From Mycoplasma marinum (lineage in GTDB: Bacteria; Bacillota_I; Bacilli_A; Mycoplasmatales; Metamycoplasmataceae), in contig NZ_PSZO01000003.1 of NCBI RefSeq assembly GCF_004335975.1, positions 98,044-122,043 of the forward strand: a stretch of DNA of 24,000 bases, read 5' to 3'. The position numbers were made by a program, and so were the translations under genes. The notes below the pieces were generated by a model. That model was given only the letters and a program-made list of their open reading frames with translations, made no database searches and was not told where the DNA came from. Of the stretch, positions 18,073 through 24,000 are shown one piece after another. Position 1 is the first letter of the stretch. Every line of letters starts with the position of its first letter.

Positions 18073-18553
18073 TTTATTTTTCTCCTATTATATTGTTTTA
18101 AATATTCATTTATAAGTATATCATTTTATTAAAAAAATATTAGACAAATAAAAAAATATTTAATAATCATACAAAAGAAATACATTAATAATTATGTCAT
18201 TTTTATTTAAAAACTATAAAATAGCAAAAAAATGTACCTATTAGCAAAAACAAGAAACAAAAATTTAAACGATAAATGCATAGTGAGAATCTAAAACTTA
18301 AAAATTATCAATATTTAAATATAAAATGATAACAACGATAAAATATAATTCTTTAAATTATGATAAGTTATAATATTTTTCAAAAAGTAACTACTTAACT
18401 ATAAGTGAGACTTGAAATGTATTAGTTTTCAAGTTTGAAGAAATATATTAAATGATATATTGATCCATATAGAATAAAAAATGCATTTAAAAAAAGCACC
18501 AGTTAAACTAGCACAATTTAATATATAAATTATTAATTCAATTTCATTAATAA

Positions 18554-19540
18554 TTATTTAATATTATTCATATCATTATTAATTTTAATTAAATCAAGTC
18601 TTGATTTTCTTGGTATGTCAAATGATTCCATGATTTCAAAATCAACCATTTCATCACCTTGGTTACCAACAACTCTACCACCAATTCCTTTTGATAAAAG
18701 TTCAACAGCATGTATTCCAAGACGTGTAGCTAAAACTCTTTCTTGGGCAGTTGGTGTCCCACCACGTTGTTGATGAGCCAATACTGAAACTCTGGCAACT
18801 TTACCAGTTTTTTCTGTAATTAATTTAGAAATTTCTTCTAAAGAAGCTCTTCCTTCTTGACCATAAATTAATTCAGCAACCATAATAATTACTGATCTTT
18901 TACCAATTGACTGAGATTGTTTAACAACTTCAACAAATTGTTCTGGTGTAAAAATATTTTCAGCAGTAACAACAGCTTCTGCTCTTGCAGCAATTCCACC
19001 AAATACTGTTAAATCTCCACAATGACGACCCATAACTTCAACAAGAGCAACACGATCATGAGATCTCATTGTATCTCTTATTTTATCTACTGATTCAACA
19101 ACTATATTTAAGGCAGTATCAAATCCAACAGTAATATCAGAAGAAGAAATATCATTATCAATTGTTCCTGGTATACCAATACAATTAATTCCCATTTCAG
19201 TTAATTTTTTGGCACCCATATAAGAACCATCTCCACCTATTACAACAACAGCGTCAATCCCATTTTTTCTTAAGTTTTTAACAGCAATTTCACGTGTTTC
19301 AATTTGAGCAAATTCAGGAAGACGTGCAGAATAAATAAATGTACCACCATTCCTATATTGTTTATCTACATTTGACTCTTTAGCTGAAACAATATTATTT
19401 TCAACCAAACCTTTATATCCTTCATAAACTAAAAATGCTTCTATACCTTTAGCTTGAGCATGTTTAACAACCGCCCTAACTGCATTATTCATACCAGGAG
19501 CATCTCCACCTGATGTTAAAACTGCGATTTTTTTAATCAT
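18554..19540 (-). CDS. pfkA: ATP-dependent 6-phosphofructokinase
   Basis: Intact 328-aa ORF beginning MIKKIAVLTSGGDAPGMN, with IGGDGS, PGTIDNDI and MGR motifs. Confidence 0.95.
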   Translation of the reverse strand: MIKKIAVLTSGGDAPGMNNAVRAVVKHAQAKGIEAFLVYEGYKGLVENNIVSAKESNVDKQYRNGGTFIYSARLPEFAQIETREIAVKNLRKNGIDAVVVIGGDGSYMGAKKLTEMGINCIGIPGTIDNDISSSDITVGFDTALNIVVESVDKIRDTMRSHDRVALVEVMGRHCGDLTVFGGIAARAEAVVTAENIFTPEQFVEVVKQSQSIGKRSVIIMVAELIYGQEGRASLEEISKLITEKTGKVARVSVLAHQQRGGTPTAQERVLATRLGIHAVELLSKGIGGRVVGNQGDEMVDFEIMESFDIPRKSRLDLIKINNDMNNIK

Positions 19541-19641
19541 TTTTTACCTCTTTCTTATTATTTATTGATTTCTAAAATTATTAATGATAATAACTATGTG
19601 TATATTATAATATAAATATCTAAAAAAAGAAAGGTAGAAAC

Positions 19642-20832
19642 ATGAAAAAATTTAATAGAGTATTTTTTATAGTAACGGACTCTTTAGGCATCGGCGATTG
19701 TCCTAGAGCAAAAGAATTTGGAGACAAAGGTGCAAACACGTTTGCTTCCATATCAAAAACAAGATTATTAAACATTCCAACTTGAAGAAAGATGGGAATT
19801 AATAACATAGTAAACTTGGAAGGAATGCCTCCCACAAAAACTCAAGATGCATATACATTAAGACTTATAGAATTGGGAAATGCAAAAGATACGCTTGCAG
19901 GACATTGAGAAATGATGGGTATTAAAACAACTGTACCATTCCCAACATTTACGGAAACAGGATTCCCACAAGAAATGCTTGACGAATTAACAAAAGCATT
20001 TGATGGCAGAGAAATAATAGGAAATAAAGCTGCTTCAGGAACTACTATAATTGAGGAGCTTGGAGAGCAAGAAATAAATGAAGGAAAAATTATCGTTTAT
20101 ACATCAGCGGATCCTGTGCTACAAATTTGTGGAAATGAAGAAACAATGGGATTAGAAACTTTGTATAGATATGGTAAAGCTGCAAGAGAAATTTGCAATT
20201 CAAGACCCGAATGAAATGTTGGTCGTATTATAGTTAGACCATATACTGGAACAAATAAATCAAACTTTGAAAGAACAGCTAATAGACATGACTATGCAGT
20301 TGAACCTGATCAAAGATTAGTTATGGATGATTTATCTTCAAAAGGAGTTAAAGTTACATCAATTGGAAAGATTAACGATATTTATTCTGGGCATGGAATT
20401 GATGAAGCAATTCATTCAATTTCAAATAATGATGGTATGGATAAACTAATTGACTTAGTTTCTAAAAAAACTGATGATCAATTTATTATGGTGAATTTAG
20501 TAGAATTTGATTCACATTATGGCCACAGAAGAAATATTGAAGGTTATGCAGAAGCATTAAATGACTTTGATATTAAGTTAACTAAACTTAAAAATGCTAT
20601 GAAAGATGATGATCTATTAATAATAACTTCAGATCATGGTAACGATCCTTCATGACCAGGTTCTGACCATACAAGAGAAATGGTGCCTGGAACAATTTTC
20701 TCAAAATCATTTGAATCACCTAAAAAATTAGAAGATTCAAAAGGATTTGGAACACTTGGGAACGTTGTTGCTAAAAATTGAGATGTAGAAGAAACTGGTA
20801 CTGGACAAGATATAACAAAAGACTTGATTTAA
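19642..20832 (+). CDS. deoB: phosphopentomutase
   Basis: The ATG at 19642 begins [33 protein letters not shown]…. Fragments 19912..20214 and 20323..20655 are in the same frame and join via TGA codons into 396 aa. It shows metal-site motifs of the alkaline-phosphatase-like superfamily (…[10 protein letters not shown]…, …[10 protein letters not shown]…). Confidence 0.9.
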
Positions 20833-20873
20833 AAATTAAGAAACTATATTTAAATTAAATACATAAAGATAAA

Positions 20874-20903
20874 GTGAACTTCAAAATAAGCAGTTCATTT
20901 TTT
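20874..20903 (+). terminator. rho-independent terminator downstream of deoB
   Basis: The stem TGAACT/AGTTCA has an 11-nt loop and is followed by TTTTTT. It lies about 45 nt after the deoB stop. Confidence 0.55.
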
Positions 20904-21183
20904 ATACCCAAATATTTAACCAAGAAGTAATGAATAAACACTTTTAAGAAATAAAAATTAAATTTCAAAAGAGTAAAAAGAGAGAAGGAGAAAAATTATT
21001 TTATAAATTCTAAAACTTCTTTTTTTTCCTTAGAGCTTTAAAGTATAGTTAATATAAAAATAAAATATTGTTTATAAATCTAAAAGTGACTAGTTTAGAA
21101 GAAAATATTTCGCTAATTTAATTTAGGGAAATATATAAAAAAACTTGTTTTTAAAAGTTTAAATATCAAGTTTAAAGAAGCAA

Positions 21184-21206
21184 AATAAAAAAAGCAAAAT
21201 GCTTTT
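21184..21206 (-). terminator. weak A/U-rich terminator at the end of the pnuC-like gene
   Basis: The minus strand reads AAAAGCA-TTT-TGCTTTT followed by TTTATTTT. It overlaps the stop codon. The stem has only two G-C pairs. Confidence 0.35.
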
Positions 21207-22008
21207 AAATAATTTTTTGATCTTTTATTCATCTTAATAATATATAGAAATCAATAACTGTAAATAATCCTGAAATTGCAACTAATGATAGTATTGGAAC
21301 TCCGTGTTGAGTTTTCAATAAAACGTAATAAATAACAAATATAATATTGGCAATAGTTCAGAAAATAAATGTTCAAGTTCATCTAAATAAAACCATAACT
21401 ACAATAGCAGCTGATGAAAATGCAAAGGCAATAATTCCTAGTCATTCCACTCAATCAATTGCTTCTCCTGGTACATTAGATCTAGCTGATAATTTATCGA
21501 AAATCATATAAAATGGGAATATAGTAATAGCTACAACCGATAAAGCAATAACCAACTCTATAGATAATAATTTTTTCTTTGCTGGAATTACATTCTCCTC
21601 AATATTTTGGAATTTTGCTAAACCTGATAAAGCGGACATTCCAAATACGAACATTTGTACAACTCCTGGACCCATAGAACTGGTATTACCAGTTGAAAAT
21701 CCAGAATATCCAATCATTAATAGTCCCATACCAGTAAGTAGTGACCCCAATAATAAGAAGGGTAATTCTTGTTTCATTCTATGCATTCTATTCATAACAA
21801 CTAGTGTTGAAATGAACGAAGCAATTAAAACTAATATTTGGCCAATTTGTGAAAATGGACTTTTTGTTCAATTTATAGATACTACAATGCCATCCTTAAT
21901 ATCAAAAATAGAAAAGAAAACCATCCCAACTAAAAATATAGAAACCATTACTCACTCAATTATACTTTGCTTTCTAAATAACTCTTTTCAGTACTCTTTT
22001 GTAAACAT
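21205..22008 (-). CDS. pnuC: PnuC-like nicotinamide riboside/NMN transporter (tentative)
   Basis: Track ORF 21451..21795 extends in both directions through TGA codons. I checked 21796..22008 and 21205..21450 codon by codon. The product is 267 aa with about 7 TM helices. The C-terminal part (…FRWTWTFIFWTIANIIFVIYYV…LVAISGLFTVIDFYILLRWIK) resembles the PnuC pattern W-x-(L/I)-W-x-x-x-N-x-x-x-V…Y-x-W from memory. An SD (AAAGGAAG) lies upstream. The family assignment was not verified by any search. Confidence 0.5.
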
Positions 22009-22127
22009 AAAATACTTCCTTTCTACCAAAAGAAAATAATTTTAAAAAGAATGTGACAATTTTAAGGTTTGTCGTAGAGACTCTCTTCCATATTAAGAGA
22101 TTAATTTCTATTGGTTTAAAAATTATA
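22009..22127 (-). promoter_or_regulatory. promoter plus structured 5' leader of the pnuC-like gene
   Basis: The minus strand has a -10 TATAAT (plus 22122..22127) and then a leader of about 105 nt with two hairpins. These are TCTCTT-AATATGG-AAGAGA (plus 22082..22100) and GACAA-ACCTTAAAA-TTGTC (plus 22055..22073). The CCTT in the second loop is complementary to the AAGG of the SD (plus 22015..22023). Confidence 0.4.
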
Positions 22128-22183
22128 TATAAAAAAATGGGAAATAATCATTAAATTCAATTTCTCATGATTTTAATTAAAAA

Positions 22184-22210
22184 TAAAAAAACAACAAGAT
22201 AACCTTGTTG
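22184..22210 (-). terminator. rho-independent terminator downstream of lon
   Basis: The minus strand reads CAACAAG-GTTAT-CTTGTTG followed by T7. It lies about 15 nt after the lon stop. Confidence 0.7.
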
Positions 22211-22224
22211 AAATATTAATTTAA

Positions 22225-24000
22225 TTATGCAAATAGAACTTTGTATATTTCTGAGTATTTTGAAACAGGGTGAATTTCAAGTTTTGATTTAGACTCTTCA
22301 GGTAATTCAATAATATCTTTTTCATTTGCTTTTGGTATAAAAATTTGTTTGATCCCCATTCTTACAGCAGCAAGAGATTTTTCTTTCAATCCACCAATAG
22401 GAAGAACTTTACCTCTTAAAGTAATTTCACCTGTCATTGCTCAATCAGTTGAAACTCCTCTTTGTGATAAAGCAGAAATTAATGCAGTGGTAAATGTAAC
22501 ACCGGCTGATGGACCGTCTTTAGGAACTGCACCTTCAGGAACATGAATATGAATACTATTTTTCTCAAAATCAAAATTAATCCCGAATTTTTTAGCATTT
22601 GATTTTACAAAAGCAAGGGCAATTGCCGCTGATTCATTCATAACATCTCTAAGTTGACCAGTAATTCTTATTTCACCTTTTCCAGGGAATGTAGTTACTT
22701 CAACAGGCAATGTTGAACCACCATATTGCGTATATGCTAAACCTGTAACTTGACCGATAATAGGTTTTTTTTCTTTTTTATCATCGATAAATACTTTTTG
22801 ACCAAGTAATTCAACCATTTTAGATTCAGTTATTGTAAAAGCACCTTGGAATTCTCCACGAATTTTCTTAACAACAATTTTACGCGCTAATTTATCAAGA
22901 ACACGCTTCAACCCACGAACACCAGCTTCTAATGTATAGTGTTTTACAACTTTTTCAATCATTTTATCGCTTATTTTAAATTGTGATTTATTTAACCCAT
23001 TCTCTTTAATAACTTTTGGAATTAAATGTTTTTTAGCAATCATAACTTTTTCCTTCATTGTGTATGAAGATAGATCGATAATTTCAACACGATCTAAAAG
23101 TGGCGCAGGAATATTTTCATAATAATTAGCTGTTGCTACGAACATAACTTTGGAAAGATCATATTCCAATTCCAAATAATGATCTTGGAATTTAGAGTTT
23201 TGTTCTGGATCTAATACCTCTAACATTGCAGATGTTGGATCACCTTTATAATCTGAAGCCATTTTATCAATCTCATCAAGAAGGATAACTGGGTTAGAAG
23301 TCTTAGCTTTATTAATAGCTTGTATTAACTTACCAGGCATTGAACCAACATATGTTCTCCTGTGACCTCTAATTTCAGCTTCATCTCTAACTCCACCAAG
23401 TGATACCTTGATAAATTCACGATCAACCGCTTCCGCAATTGATTTAGCAAGAGAAGTTTTACCTACACCAGGAGGACCAACTAAGGCAATAATTGGTGCA
23501 GTGCTAGAATTAGTATTAGCTTTAACAGCAAGATGTTCAATAATACGCTCTTTAACTTTTTTAAGTCCAAAATGACCTTCATCAAGAATTTCTTGAGCCT
23601 TATTAATATCAGATGAATCATCTGAATATGTTTTTCATGGTAATTTTATCAATCAGTCAATGTAAGATTTTGAAACATTAGCTTCAGCAGAAATTGGGGG
23701 CATTGCCTCATATTTTTGAATTTCTTCCAATATTTTTTCTTTAACTTCTTTTGGATATTTTTTATTTTCATTTGCTTGTTCTCTTCAAGTATCAATTTCT
23801 GAAGATTTAGAAGAAATGTCTCCAAGTTCTTCTTTAATAGCTTTCATTCTTTCTCTCAATAAATATTCTTTTTGTTGCTTGTCTAAAGTAGATCTAACAT
23901 TTAAATCAAGATTTTGCTCAATTTCTAATATTTGAACTTCTTGTTCTAGAATTTGAACAACTGTTTCAAGACGTTCATTGATATTTATTAATGAAAGTAT
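22225..24000 (-). CDS. lon: ATP-dependent Lon protease (5' end outside the window)
   Basis: Fragments 22225..22437 and 22441..23340 and the sequence up to 24000 are in one frame, joined through TGA codons. Walker A (GPPGVGKTS) is read at about 23460..23490, and [20 protein letters not shown] at 23341..23400. The protease domain has PKDGPSAG (catalytic Ser) and …[19 protein letters not shown]…. The frame is still open at the window edge. Confidence 0.95.

Noticed and set aside
20833-21204. An AAGGAG sequence at about 20985..20990 in the deoB-pnuC spacer as the SD of a small unannotated ORF.
   Set aside because: No ATG, GTG or TTG follows at a suitable distance, and downstream frames hit TAA within a few codons. 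It is probably chance purine-rich sequence.
1-24000. A search for CRISPR arrays, tRNA/rRNA genes, IS elements or transposases, integrases and phage genes.
   Set aside because: I saw no regularly spaced direct repeats, no GTTCGAATC-type T-arm or other GC-rich structured RNA signatures in the intergenic DNA, and no ORF with recombinase or transposase motifs.

Overview
This is a very AT-rich, Mollicutes-type (Mycoplasma-like) core chromosomal region that must be read with translation table 4 (UGA = Trp). The supplied ORF track treats TGA as a stop, so most genes look fragmented. Joining same-frame fragments across TGA codons restores full-length conserved proteins. Genes from left to right, on the minus strand unless noted: a 171-aa hypothetical, rluD, lspA, ileS (preceded by an Ile-specific T-box leader), hup, pyrG, the division cluster mraZ-rsmH-(divergent ftsA-like)-ftsZ, rpmF, a tmcAL/YlbM-like nucleotidyltransferase (+), a marR-MATE-small membrane protein operon, two coupled unknown membrane proteins (171 aa and 52 aa), a short yigZ/IMPACT-like gene (+), pyk, pfkA, deoB (+), a pnuC-like transporter, and lon (its 5' end runs off the window). 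I found no rRNA, tRNA, CRISPR array, transposase or phage-like genes. I do not see a convincing novel multi-gene system, and the window looks like housekeeping territory. The points most worth a second look are regulatory or structural. (1) A 10-bp-phased array of four GTG(G/T) repeats lies over the mraZ promoter and 5'UTR. (2) An ileS T-box has an AUC specifier. (3) The FtsA-like protein has degenerate nucleotide-binding motifs but keeps a C-terminal amphipathic helix. (4) Six genes share a -10 hexamer placed 6-7 nt before the ATG with no SD, suggesting leaderless mRNAs. (5) A structured ~105-nt leader precedes the pnuC-like gene, and one of its loops can pair with the SD. (6) Two ~480-bp spacers contain no ORFs. 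All functional calls rest on motif recognition by eye; no database search was possible.
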